Of a DNA stretch of 64,000 bases, positions 36,747-50,300 are shown one piece after another. The stretch spans positions 38,750,001-38,814,000 of the forward strand of contig JANJGN010000026.1 of the NCBI GenBank assembly GCA_026770705.1. The letters are read 5' to 3'. Position numbers and translations under genes: made by a program. The DNA is from Isurus oxyrinchus (taxonomy: Eukaryota). The notes under the pieces are model-generated. The model was given only the letters and a program-made list of their open reading frames with translations. It was not told the origin of the DNA and did not search any database. The first letter of the stretch is position 1. Each line of letters starts with the position of its first letter.

Positions 36747-38903
36747 ATAAAAATAAAAACAAAAAGCTGCGGATGCTGGAAATCCAAAACAAAAACAGAA
36801 TTACCTGGAAAAACTCAGCAGGTCTGGCAGCATCAGCGGAGAAGAAAAGAGTTGACATTTCGAGTCCTCATGACCCTTCGACAGAACTAGGTGAATCCCA
36901 GGAAGGGTTGAAATATAAGCTGGTTTAAGGTGGTGGGGCGGGGGGGGGGGGGTGGGGGGGGGGGGTGCGGCGTTGGGTGGGGGGAGAGAAGTGGAGGGGG
37001 GTGGTGTGGTTGTAGGCAAAAGCAGTGATAGAAACAGATCATCAAAAGATGTCACAGACGGCAGAACAAAAGAACACATAGGTGTCGAAGTTGGTGATAT
37101 TATCTAAACGAATGTGTTAATTAAGAATGGATGGTAGGGCACTCAAGGTATAGCTCTAGTGGGGGTGGAGGGAGCATAAAAGATTTAAAAATATTTAAAA
37201 TAATGGAAATAGGAGGGAAAAAGAAAAATCTATATAATTTATTGGAAAAAAAACAAAAGGAAGGGGGAAGAAACAGAAGGGGGGTGGGGATGGAGGAGGG
37301 AGCTCAGGACCTAAAGTTGTTCAATTCAATATTCAGTCTGGAAGGCTCTAAGGTGCCTAGTCGGAAGATGAGGTATTGTTCCTCCAGTTTGCGTTGGTCT
37401 TCACTGGAACAATGCAGCAAGCCAAGGACAGACATGTGGGCAAGAGAGCAGGGTGCAGTGTTAAAATGGCAAGCGACAGGGAGGTTTGGGTCATTCTTGC
37501 GGACAGACCGTAGGTGTTCTGCAAAGCGGTCGCCCAGTTTACGTTTGGTCTCCCTAATATAGAGGAGACCACATTGGGAGCAACGAATGCAGTAGACTAA
37601 GTTGTGGGAAATGCAAGTGAAATGCTGCTTCACTTGAAAGGAGTGTTTGGGCCCTTGGACGGTGAGGAGAGAGGAAGTGAAGGGGCAGGTGTTACATCTT
37701 TTGCGTGGGCATGGGGTGGTGCCATAGGTGGGGGTTTGGGAGTAGGGGATGATGGAGGATGGACCAGGGTGTTCCGGAGGGAACGATCCCTACGGAATGC
37801 CGACAGTGGGAGTGATGGGAAGATGTGTTTGGTAGTGGCATCATGCTGGAGTTGGCAGAAATGGCGGAGGATGATCCTTTGAATGCGGAGGCTGGTGAGG
37901 TGATAAATGACAAGGGGAACCCTATCATGATTCTGGGAGGGAAGAGAAGGCGTGAGGGCGGATGCGCAGGAGATGGGCCGGACACGGTTGAGGGCCCTGT
38001 CAACGACCACGGTTAAGGAAGGAGGACATATCAGAGGAACTGTTTTTGAAGGTAGCATCATCGGAACAGATGCGACGGAGGCGAAGGAACTGAGAGAATG
38101 GGATGGAGTCGTATGGGAAGCGGGGTGTGAGGAGCTGTAGTCAAGGTAGCTGTGGGAGTCGGTAGGCTTGTAATGGATATTGGTGGACAGTCTATCACCA
38201 GAGATTGAGACAGCGAGGTCAAGGAAGGGAAGGGAAGTGTCAGAGATGGACCACGTGAAAATGATGGAGGGGTGGAGATTGGAAGCAAAATTAATACATT
38301 TTTCCAAGTCCCGACGAGAGCACGAAGCAGCACCGAAGTAATCATCGAGAAAGAGTTGTGGAAGGGGGCCGGAGTAGGACTGGAACAAGGAATGTTCCAC
38401 ATATTCCATAAAGAGACAAGCATAGCTGGGGCCCACGCGGGTACCCATAGCCACACCTTTTATTTGGAGGAAGTGAGAGGAGTTGAAGGAGAAGTTGTTC
38501 AGTGTGAGAACAAGTTCAGCCAGACGGAGGAGATTAATGGTGGATGGGGATTGTTCGGGCCTCTGTTCGAGGAAGAAGCTAAGGGCCCTCAGACCATCCT
38601 GGCGGGGGATGGAGGTGTAGAGGGATTGGACGTCCATGGTGAAGAGGAAGCGGTTGGGGCCAGGGAACTGGAAATTGTTGATGTGACGTAAGGTGTCAGA
38701 GGAATCACGTGTTCTTTTATTCTGCCGTCTGTGACATCTTTTGATGATCTGCTTCTATCACTGCTTTTGCCTACAACCACACCACCCCCCTCCACTTCTC
38801 TCCCCCCACCCAACCCTCCCCCCCCCCCCAACCCCCCTTCCCCCCACGACCTTAAACCAGCTTATATTTCAACCCTTCCTGGGACTCACCTAGTTCTGTC
38901 GAA
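36747..38903 (-). mobile_element. Penelope-like retroelement with inverted partial terminal repeat (~38710-38903)
   Basis: RT MDVQSLYTSIP...GVAMGTRVGPSYACLFM and GIY-YIG ORF 37304-37633. Highly similar to 23497-25180. Confidence 0.92.
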
Positions 38904-41900
38904 AGCTCTGTGTAATTAGTGCAATATTTGATGATAACAGAGGATAGCAGGTCAATGCATTACTGAATACATCACTGGGTCCAGTGTGATAACGACACAG
39001 TCAGCACCTGATCCACCGAAATCGAAGTTGGGTCTGATATAATAGTGTTTGTGAGACAGCGCCAATTGATACAATAGCAAATCTTTTGCCTAATGCCCAA
39101 TAACAGAGTCAAGCGCCACTGCAATATGAATGAGATGGAGTTGGTGCAATAACACTGACACAGTCTAGTGTAATAGCAAATAAAACATAACAATTTGGAA
39201 TCATTCTGCAGGTCAGGCAGAATCTGTGGCGATAAACCGAGTGAACGTTTCATGGCGATGACCCTTCAGCAGAACCGGAGTCATCGATTGGAAACTTTAA
39301 CTCTACTTCTCTCCACAGCCACTGCACTCCCAAGTGGTACAGTTGATCGTCCTCCTGCTTTTGAGCTGTAGGATCTGTGTTCAGATTTCACTCCAGGCTC
39401 AGTTGACCACGGGAAGAGTGTCTGTGTGCCAGACGCCGGTTTTTAATCAGCCTCCAAATTCCTCCCGCCTCTCCACTTTCCCCAAAGCTGCAAAGTATAT
39501 GACGAACCGGAAAACAAACAGGCTCGACACTTGCTGTCTGACCTGTTGAGGATTTCCAGCAAACTCGGTTTTTATTTTAGATTTCTAGCATCTTTATGTT
39601 GCCGTTGTACTAATGCAATTGGAACTGGGGATACATCATGTCAGCATTGACGAATTAGCATCACTCTTACCCCTGGGTCAAACGGTTGTGGGTTGAAGCC
39701 TCGATCCAGAGATCTGTCCATTTAATAACGCCCAGTGCTCACGGTGAGAGTTTATATGTCAGCCTTTCTGTTCTTCTATCCATTATTTCCTTACAGTCAG
39801 GAGGAGGAATTAAAAGCAGAGAAACTCTGGATAGTTTCTCCATCCAGCAAAGGGCGGGTTCCTGGGACTTTGTTGCTGCTTTGATCTTCCCGCCCTCTCC
39901 AAAAATACAAAGAACATCACCCTTCTTGGACTTGCGAAGGAAATTCTGACTGCCCGGCCCGGACCAGACTGGGGCCTGGTCCAATAATAATCACAGAGGC
40001 CGTCTCCAGTGTGTCAGTAACAGAGGCTGTTGGGAATCTGACATAAAGAGAGGCAGGGGTTCTAATAAGTATCTGACTGTAAAAGGGTGTGAAAGTGTGA
40101 GGAAACAATGATGTTTAGGGCCTTAGCGCAGGCTCTGTGTTATGGTGAGTGACACAGGGATTTGTGTGGTAAAAACGGAGCGGAAACATCATGACAGAGG
40201 CCTGGGTGACTGACTCCACCTGACTGAGAGCTGTTATACCCAAGGGGAGGACAATCATGGCGGACTCCAGAGATTTCTGATATCTGCAGGGTCAATGCTG
40301 CATGTGTCAGAGGAAAAGAAAATAATGTGTTCCCTCTCATTCTTACCGACAGTTCTCCATTTACACAGACCCGGCAGCTTGTAGAAACCAATGTTTCAAT
40401 CTTCAGCTTGAGGCACATGATGACTGAAAGGATTAAACACCGAAACCTCACCAGAGGAAAAATCAGAGCCGAAAATGTTAAATAGAGATAATCGTGCTTT
40501 CTACTAAACGAGCTCTATTCAGTGTTATTATTTTGTTCAAAGTAGTGGTTTGTAAACAATAGTGAACTTCTGAATGATTCTTGGCAATTATAGACACATA
40601 CACACTCAAGCTCTGTCAAAAGACAGGGTTAGCAGAAGACGAAAGCTGTATAATTATTGCATTTTATTTGGGCTCAATGAGGGACAGAGGTAGATACAGG
40701 AAAGGTGCTGGGACAGTGATATAGATGAGCATTTCAATTGACCCCATTCCCTGTAATCCTTCAAATTCTCACACCTTTAAATAATTACAGAATTCATTTT
40801 ACAAAGTCACTATTGGTCTGATGCCATCACCCTTTCAAACTGTGCATTCCAGTTCAGAACAACTTGCCGTGTTAAAAAAATAAACAATTATCCTCCTGTC
40901 TTCCTGTTCAATAAAGGAAATTTGCGTCCCCTGGTTACCGACTCTCCTATCAGTTGAAATAATCTCTCTTTATTCACACTATTAAAACTTTCATGATTTT
41001 GAACGCTTCTATTTAATAGACACTCAGTGAGGTGGACAGAGATACACAGAGAGATAGACAGAGATAAAACTAAGGGAAGGAGACTTAAAATGAAAAACGG
41101 AGATGGAATGTTGCAGAGAAACAGAGGAAACAAGTTTCGAGGGAAAGTATATGTGCAGGGAGTGTGTGTGTGCGTGGCGGGTTGGGAGGTGGGCGGTGTT
41201 GGTGAGGTGTGGAGGGGGAGTTAGAGTGGGGGCAGGTGGTGGAGCATGACAAAGAAAAATGAAAGGTAGCAAGATCTCATTTCCCAGCTTCAGGGACTCG
41301 AGGGATCTCAGTGACTGACCATCCAGTTATGTCCTGGAAATGGAAGCTCTAAACGGATCACACAGGCTCATTTGTAAATGTCACCACCATGTGATCTGCG
41401 TGACTCGGCCCTGACTCTGTGGCCAGATATAAGCCGCCTTGACAGATGTTCTCACCAGATTGTGGCCCCTGCATTTATTTTCTGCTCAGAAGTGAGATGT
41501 GCGGTTTGGAACCAACAGCAGAGAAGCAGGAAGTTGTGTTACCTGAGAATGAAAAAGCTGGCGTCAGTTTCATGTTATCACCATGAACAGTCTTCCTGCC
41601 TGTAAGGGTGAACTCACTCTGACAGCATCAAGAACAACCACACAGATTGAGGTCGGCCTCAGCATTACATTCACCTCCATTCCCAATTTAAACAATTAAA
41701 TAAATGAGGTTAGTTTGGTTATAACATATTAACGGAAGACGAGATGGACTGAAGGTTATCACTGGGAGAAAAGAGCGGAAATTAAAACAATAATACCACT
41801 CACAGGGGGTTATTCTGAAATAGAAAGTTTTAAGAGGGTTTGGTGGTGTCTGAGAGAAAATGAGGAGAGAGGTTAAGTGAGTGATCTGGTGTCTTTCTGG

Positions 41901-42356
41901 GACTGAATTTTCCTCTGATGAGGTTTTGGCGCTTAATCTTTTCATTGATAATGTGCCTTAAGCAAAAGATTTAAACATTGGTTACTCGAAGCTGCCAGAT
42001 CCGGCCCTTGTGAGTCTGTGTAAGTGAGTTAAGTGAAGTCTGAGACAGAGGAAGAGAGGGAAGAAGTTCAGCGAGTCATTTGAAAGGTGTATTTTCCTTG
42101 ACAACGCAATGGCCAGTTTGACATTACTTTCCAGAGCACTCAAGACAACGCATTACCGATAAATATTAACGGCAGCATAGGCAGCATATTGATAAATTCT
42201 CAATAAACTATCGTAATGTGTTAAAAAAATAATTATGTCTTTTGCAAGCAATGAAGCATGATATGTTCTAGATGTACCTGCATCCACAACATACAGCTGC
42301 ACACATTTACACACACAGCCACACACAAGGACACACGCACACACACAGCCACGCAG

Positions 42357-42488
42357 NNNNNNNNNNNNNNNNNNNNNNNNNNNNNNNNNNNNNNNNNNNN
42401 NNNNNNNNNNNNNNNNNNNNNNNNNNNNNNNNNNNNNNNNNNNNNNNNNNNNNNNNNNNNNNNNNNNNNNNNNNNNNNNNNNNNNNNN
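42357..42488. other. Assembly gap (N run) next to a CA-type microsatellite
   Basis: Run of n. Confidence 0.99.
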
Positions 42489-43114
42489 AACATTGGATAT
42501 TCGAAGCCTGCGGCCGCCCATTTGCCTGAGGTTGCGGTTTCAGATCCTGTCTCTCACAATCAGTGGCCACGCCAAAAGCAAACAGAAATTCCTATTGGAA
42601 GAATGAAAAGTATCTGGAAATTAAAGAAAACTGTGAGCAATTGCCACTGATCAACTCAAGTATGAATTATTCATCTCCAACACAATGCAGTTTGTGACTT
42701 CAGTTGTGCAATGTGCAGTGCAATGTGGTTCACCTTTATTTCTGTTAGTCAATCTCATTGATGAAAGGAATGTTACAAGATTCACCCCAAACTTTCAACA
42801 CAAACGTTACACACATCACACTAGAGCAATTAGAAATTGCACACAACGTCTCATAGTTAGTAACAAGACTAAATGTATTCTTCCAAAATCTTTTTACCTA
42901 CCGGATATTATAACATTTTAAAAATTAATACCCACCTATCCACCTGGCTCTCTCTTGAGCTCTATCCAGTTAGCAGAGACCTGTTATAGTGCAGTAATAA
43001 CTGAGACTTGGTCTAGTGTATTAATAAATGGTATAGGACCTTTATAATATAAGGTGAGATATAAAAGAGTACAGTAATGAATGAAGCAGCCTAATACAGT
43101 AATATCACAGGTTC

Positions 43115-44230
43115 ATAGAATCACAGAACTTTAACACACAGAAGGAGGCCATTCGGCCCATCTTGTCTACATCGGCTCTCCAAATGAGCATTCTGACCTA
43201 GTGCCATTGCCCTGGCTTTTCTCCACACCCTTGCACTTTGTTTCTATTCAAATAATCATTTAATGCCCTCTTGAATGCCACAATTGAACCTGCATCCCTC
43301 ACACTTCCAGACAGTGTATTCCAGACCCGGACCACTCATTGTGTGAAAAAGTTTTTTTCTCACATCAAATTTGCTTTTTTTTGCAAATCACTTTAAACCT
43401 GTGCCCTCTCGTTCTTTATCCTTTTACGAATGGGAACAGATTCTTCCTCTCTACTCTGTCCAGCCCACTCATGATTTTGAAAACTTCAATCAATTCTCCT
43501 CTCAGCCTTCTCCTCTCCATGGAACACAGTCCCAACTTCATCCCTGGGAATATTCTTGTAAACCTCTTCAGCACTCTCTCCAATATCTTCACATCCTTCC
43601 TATAATATGGTACTAAGGACGGTACACAATATTCCAGCTGAGGGCTAATGAAGGCCTTATATAAATTCCGCATAACCTCCCTGCTCTTGTACTCTATGCC
43701 CCTATTAATAGAGCCCAGGACGCTATATGCTTTAGTAACAGCTCTCTCCACCTGTCCTGCCACTTTCAATGATCTATGCATATCTACACCCAAGTCTTTC
43801 TGCTCCTGTACTCCTTTCAAAACTCCACTCCTTATTTTATATTGTCCATGTTCCTCCTCCCAAAATGCATCATCTCACACTTCTCCACATTGAACTTCAT
43901 CTGCCACCTATCTGCCCACTCCAGCAACTTGTCTGTGACCGCTTGAGGTTCCACACCATTCCCCTGGCAGTTTGCAACACTCCCAAGCTTTGTATCATCC
44001 GCAAACTTTCAAATTGTTCCCTGCAGACCAAGGCCTAGATTGTTAATATATAACAGGAAAAGCAAGGGTCCCAATACCGGCCCCTGGGGAACTCGACAAC
44101 AAACCTTCCTCCAGCCCGAAAAACATCCATTGACCATTAACCTCTGCTTCCTTTTTTTCCAGCTAATTTTGTATCCACTTTGCCACTGTCCCTTTTATTC
44201 CATGAGCAATAACTTTTCTCACAAGTTGGT
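43115..44230 (-). mobile_element. CR1-like LINE 3' fragment
   Basis: ORF 43416-43820 (KDLGVDMHRSLKVAGQV...PQLEYC...RRLRGELIEVFKIM). Confidence 0.88.
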
Positions 44231-44509
44231 TATCAGATAAATCCTAATTTAATACAAACAGAGACTGTGCAATGCAACAGCAGCTCAGAAATTGTCACTT
44301 GCAGTATATATAGAGGCACGGCCATGTGCATTAATAAATGAAGCATCATATAATGTAATAGAGATAGAGACATAGTCTAGTGCAGTAATAACTGAGAAAA
44401 GGTCAATTGTAGTGTATATAGAGGCATGGTCCAGTGCATTCATATGTTAAACTGCAGATAGCATTATATACACAGATGCAGTGCTGAGAGAAAGATAAAA
44501 GGAGAAATG

Positions 44510-45180
44510 GTAAGTAATTGGGAAAGCTAATAGAATGTTATCATTTATTGCGAGGGGAATTGAATACAAATGTACAGAAGTTATGTTTCAGCTGTACAGG
44601 GCACCAGTGAGATCATGTTTGTTGCACTGTGTACAGTATTGGTCACCTTAATTAAGGAAGGATGTAAATGTATTGTAAGAGGTTCAGAGAAGGTTTATTA
44701 GAGTAATACTTGGAATGGGTGGGTTGTCTCATGAGGAATGGTTGGACAGGCTAGGCTTATGTCTTCTGGGGTTTAGAAGAGTAAGAGGTGATTTGACTGA
44801 AATATATAAGATCCTGAGGGGTCTTGACAGGGTGGATGTGGAGAGGATGGTTCCCCTTGTGGTAGAATCTAGAACTAGGGGTCACTGTTTAAAATAAGGG
44901 GTTGCCCATGTGAAACGGAGATGAGGCAAATTGCTTTCACTCTCAGGGTCGTGAGTCTTTGGGAATCTCTTCCTAAAAAGACAGTGGAAGCAGAGCCTTT
45001 GAATATTTTTAAGGCAGAGGTGGATAGATTCTTGCTGAGCAAGGGGGCAATAGGTTATCGGGGGTAGGCAGGATGCAGATTTCATGTTACTGTCAGATCA
45101 GCCATGATCTTATTAAATGGCAGAACAGGCTCGAGGGCCTGAATGGCCTACTCCTGTTTTTTCTTCGTATGCTCCTATCT
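44510..45180 (+). mobile_element. CR1-like LINE 3' fragment (another 3'-end piece at ~45500-45670)
   Basis: LDRLGL...RRVRGDLTEIYKILRGLDRVD and a CR1-like 3'UTR. Confidence 0.85.
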
Positions 45181-45977
45181 TCATATGATGCAGTACAGTC
45201 ATCACTGAGAAAAGGTCAACAGGTCAAGGAGAGTGATCACTGAAGCATTGTTCAGTATAATATAATGAAACACAAGGTTCAGTGAAATATAAATTAAAAC
45301 ATGGTTGTACTACAGTGTGAACTGGAACAGTGTTAATTGGAGTGTGCACAGAAGCAGGGCCTGATGTAGTAATAACTGGCGCAAGACCTAATGATATAAA
45401 CAGGAGCAGGGTCAGGTGCAGTGATAACTGGGAAAGGACCAATTGCAACACAAGTCAAGATATTGATGGCTGCAATAATAAACAATATAGGGCCTGAGAT
45501 TTAGACCGAGAAAGATAGGTTCTTGATTGGTAAGGGGATCAAAGGTTAGGGGGAGAAGATGGGAGAATGGGGTTGAGAAACTTATCAGCCATGATTGAAT
45601 GGCAGAGCAGACTCGATGGGCTGAATGGCCTAATTTCTGCTACTATGTCTTATAGTCTTATGGTCTTTTGGCCCATTGAACTATTAACAGTGACGTTCAC
45701 CTATTCAACAATAACTAAAGCAAAATGTAATCTAACGTTTACAGTTACACATGAGGGCATAAAATAAATTGAACAGGGAATGTATAGGAATTATTAAAAC
45801 AGGGCCTTGATTGACATAAACTGAGGCAAGGTCTAGCGCAGTGATTCCTGATGCATGGCCTGGATAATTATAGGCTGAGACAGGGCCTAGTGCAGTGATT
45901 ACTTTTACAGGGCCGAGATTAATGTCAATGGAGGCAGGGTCCAATCCAATAATTACTGATACAGAGTCTAGGCTGAT

Positions 45978-47305
45978 ACAAAAACAGAAAATGCTGGAAG
46001 GACGATATCCCATCCTATCAGTTCCCTCGCCTCCTTCACATCTGTTCCGATGATGCCACTATTCAAAACGATGCTTCTGACATGCCTTCCTTCTTCTTTA
46101 ACCAAGGTTTCCCACCCACTGTGGTCGACAGGGCCCTCAACCACGTCCGACCCATCTCCCATGTCACTGCTATCATGCATTCCTCTCTCTCCCAGAATCA
46201 TGAAAGGGTACCCCTTCTGATCACATTTCACCCCGCCATCCCCGCATCCAAAGGATCATCCTCCACCATTTCCACTAACTCCAACATGATGCCACAACCA
46301 AACACAGCTTTCCTTCAACACTCCACCCCCACCCACCCACTCCAGTCAGCATTCCACAGGGACCGTTCCCTCTGAAACACTCTGGTCCACTCTTCCATCA
46401 CCCCCAACACCTCATCCCTTCCCATGGCACCTTCCCAAGCAATCAGAGAAGATGTCACTCCTGTACTTTTCCCTCCTCCCTCCTCATCATCCAAGAGCCC
46501 AAATATGTCTTTCAGGTGAAGTACCGCTTCTTTGCACCTCCTTCAATTTGGTCTACTGCATTCGATACTCCCAATGCAGTGTCCTCTAGATTGGTGCACC
46601 AAACAGACTGGCAGATGGTTTTGTGGGACACCTTCAGTCTTTCTGCAAGCATGACCTAGGCCTTCCTGTCCCTTAGAATTTCAACACGCCATCCTTCTCT
46701 GACACCCACATGCCCCTCTTTGACCTGCTGCATTGTCCCAGTGAAGTCCAACTCAAACTGGAGGAACAGAAACGCATCGTCCGAATATGCACTTTACAGC
46801 CTTATTCATTTATTCATTGTTTTATCCTCTTTTTTATCCCCTTTCTTATTCCCGTTTATGCCATTTGTCCCCAACCACTGCCCCCTCTCCCTACCACACC
46901 CCCAAAAGGGCCATCAGTTACTAGTCCCATGTTGTTCTTTCACAGTGTGCTGATTCTGGCTCTGCTGTTAACACATTCTGCTTTCTTACCTTTATGACTT
47001 TAGTAGCACCTACTTTAGCCTTACCATTACCATTAACACTCCATTTTTCCTTTTACCTATGATATGTTTGGCAGTGTCACCTTACTCCTACCTATTGCTT
47101 GCCTTCTATCCAACCTGACCTGCTCCATTCTGCTTAAACAGCAAATGTTATCACATTTTGATTTCTCTTTAGCTCTGAGGAAGGTCATATGGTCTCAGAA
47201 AGTTAGCTCTGCTTCTCTCAGCACAGGTGCTGTCAGACCTACTGTGATGTCCCAGCATTTTATGCTATTCTTTCAGATTTCCAGCATCCGCACTATTTTG
47301 CTTTT
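45978..47305 (+). mobile_element. Degenerate Penelope-like element
   Basis: FFNQGFPPTVVDRALNHVRPI and LLHCPSEVQLKLEEQ match the younger copies in the opposite orientation. Confidence 0.8.
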
Positions 47306-50300
47306 ATCCAGATTGATATAAAGTGAGACAGTGCCTCGTGCAGTGATTACTAATGGAGGGTCTAGATCATCAAGAACTGAGACAGGGCCTAGTGCAATGC
47401 TTACTGATACAGGATCTAGATTTATATGAACTGCGACATGCTCGAGTGCGGTGATTACAGACACAGATCTAGATTAATATAAACTGAGACGGGGTCTAGT
47501 CCAGTGTTTACTGATATTGGGTCACCGTCAATATAAATTCAGACAATGTCCAGGGCAACGATTACTGATACGGGGTCTAGGTTTATATACACTGAGGCTG
47601 GCCATAGTGCAGTGATTACTCATACAGGGCTGAGATAAAAATAAACTAGGACAGGGGGTAGTGCAATGATTACTGATACAGGGTGTAGATCAATATAAAC
47701 AGAGACAGTGTCCTTTGCACTGATTATGATATAGGGTCTAGATCAATATAAACTGAGGCAGTGTTCAGCGCAGTAATTACTGATACAGGGTCTAGATTAA
47801 TAAAACTTGTGATGGGGCCAAGTGCAGTGATTACTGTTGTCGGGTCTAGGTTGATATAAACTGGTGCAGGGGATAGTGCAGTGATTACTCATAATGAGTC
47901 TAGATTAATATAAACTGAGACAGGACCAAGTGCAATTATTACTGATACATGGTCGAGATCAATATAAACTGAGGCAGTGTCCAGTCGAGTGATTACTGAT
48001 ACAGGTCTTGATTAATATGAACCGAGACAGGGTATAGTGCTGTGATTACTGATACAGGTTCCAGCTTGATATAAACTGAGACAGGGCATTGTGCAGTGAT
48101 TATTGATACAGTGTCTAGATAAATATAAACTGGGACAGGGGCTAGTGCAATGATCATTCTTACAGTGTCTGGACTAAAATAAACTGAGTCATTCCCTAGT
48201 TCTGTCATTATTAAAACAGGTTCTGGACTAATATAAATTGAGTTAAGGCCTAGTGCAGTGATTACTGATACAGGATACAGATTTATATAAACTGAGGCAT
48301 GGCATAGTACAGTGATTACTGATACAGGGCTTCGATTGATATAAAATGAGACAGTGTCCATTCACTGATTATGATGCAGGGCCAAGATCAATATAAACTG
48401 AAACAAAAACAAAAATACCTGGAAAAACTCAGCAGGTCTGGCAGCATCTGTGGAGAGGAACACGGTTAACATTTTGAGTCTGCATGACTCTTCAACAGAA
48501 CTAAGAAAAAATAGAAAAGGTGTGAAATATAATCTGGTTTTAAGTTGGGAGGTTGGGACAAGAAGAGCTGGATAGAGGGCCAGTAATAGGTGGACATAAC
48601 CAAAAGATATCACAGACAAAAGGACAAAGAGGTGTTGAAGGTGATGATATTATCTGAAGGAATGTGTTAATTATGGGTAGAAAACAGGACGAGCAAGGTA
48701 CAGATAGCCCTAGTGGGGGTGTGGTGAAGGAATTGAAAAAGGCTAAATGGTAGAGATAAAACAATGGATGGAAATATATTTGGGTCTAGTGCCGTGATTA
48801 CTGATACAGGGTCTAGATTAATAGAACTTGAGACAGGCCAAGTGCAGTGATTACTGCTAGAGGGTTTAGATTGATATAAACTGATGCTGGGTCTAGTGCA
48901 GCGATTACTGACACAGGGTCTAGATCAATATAAACAGAGATAGGGTCGAGTGCAGTGATTACTGATACAGGGTCTAGATTAATAGAACTTGAGACAGGCC
49001 AAGTGCAGTGATTACTGCTAGAGGGTTTATATTGATATAAACTGATGCTGGGTCTAGTGCAGCGATTACTGACATAGGGTTTAGATCAATATAAACAGAG
49101 ATGGGAGCAAGTGCAGTGATTACTGATCCAGGGTCTATATAAATATATACTGGGATGGGGGCCAATGCAGTGATTACTGATACAGGGTTTGGACTCTTAT
49201 AAACTGAGGCATTTTCGAGCTCTGTCATTATTCATACAGGGTGTGGACTCATATAAACTGAGACAGGGCTGAGTGAAGTGATTACTGATACAGGATCTGG
49301 ATTGATATAAGAAGAGGCAGGCTATAGTGCAGTGATTACTGATATGGGGTCTAGATCAATATAAACTGAGACAGATCATAGTGCAATGATGACTGTTACA
49401 GGGTCTATATGATAAAGACTGAGGCAGGGCATATTGCAGGGATTACTGATACAGGGTCTACATTAATGTAAACTGTGACAGAGCCTAGTGCAGTGATTGC
49501 TGATACAGGGCCGAGGTAAATATAAAGTAGGACAGAGGCTAGTGCAGTGATTAATGATACAGGATCAGGATCAGTATAAACTGAGGCAGTGTCCATTGCA
49601 GTGATTACTGATACAGGGCCTAAATTAATATGAACTCAGGCAGGGCCTAATGCAGCGATTACTGATTTAGGGACCAGATTAATATGAACTGAAGCAGGCC
49701 ATAGTGCAATGATTACTGATACTGGGTGTAGATCAATATAAACTGAGACAGGGCCCAGTACAGTGATTACTGATACATGGTGTAGATCAATATAAACTGA
49801 GACAGGCCCTAGTGCAGTGATTACTGATAGACGGTCTAGGTTGATATAAAGTGAGGCAGGGCCTAGTGCAGTGATTACCGACACAGGGACTAGAGTAATA
49901 TAAACTAGGTCAGGGGCTAGTGCAGTGATTAATGATATCAATGATACAGGATGAGGATCAATATAAACTGAGACAGTGTCCATTGAAGTGATTACGGTTA
50001 CAGGGTGTACATCAGTATAAACTGAGATAAGTTCCACTGATGTGATTAATGATGCAGGGTCTGGATTAATATAACATGAGATAGTGTCTAGTGCAGTGAT
50101 CACTGATCCAAGGTCTTGATAAATATAAAACTGAGATAGTGTCTAGTGCTGTGATTACTGATACATGGTCTAGATTAATATGAACTGAGGCACAGACTAG
50201 TGTAGCCATTACTGATTTAAAGTCCTAGATTGAAATAAACTAAGACAGGGCATATTGCAGTGATTGCTGATACAGGGTCTAAATTATTATAGGCTGGGGC

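Noticed and set aside
40140-40500. Leader-like donor and an ESVTQ peptide suggesting another V
   Set aside because: No canonical Cys, Trp, YYC or RSS; adjacent sequence resembles degenerate minisatellite.
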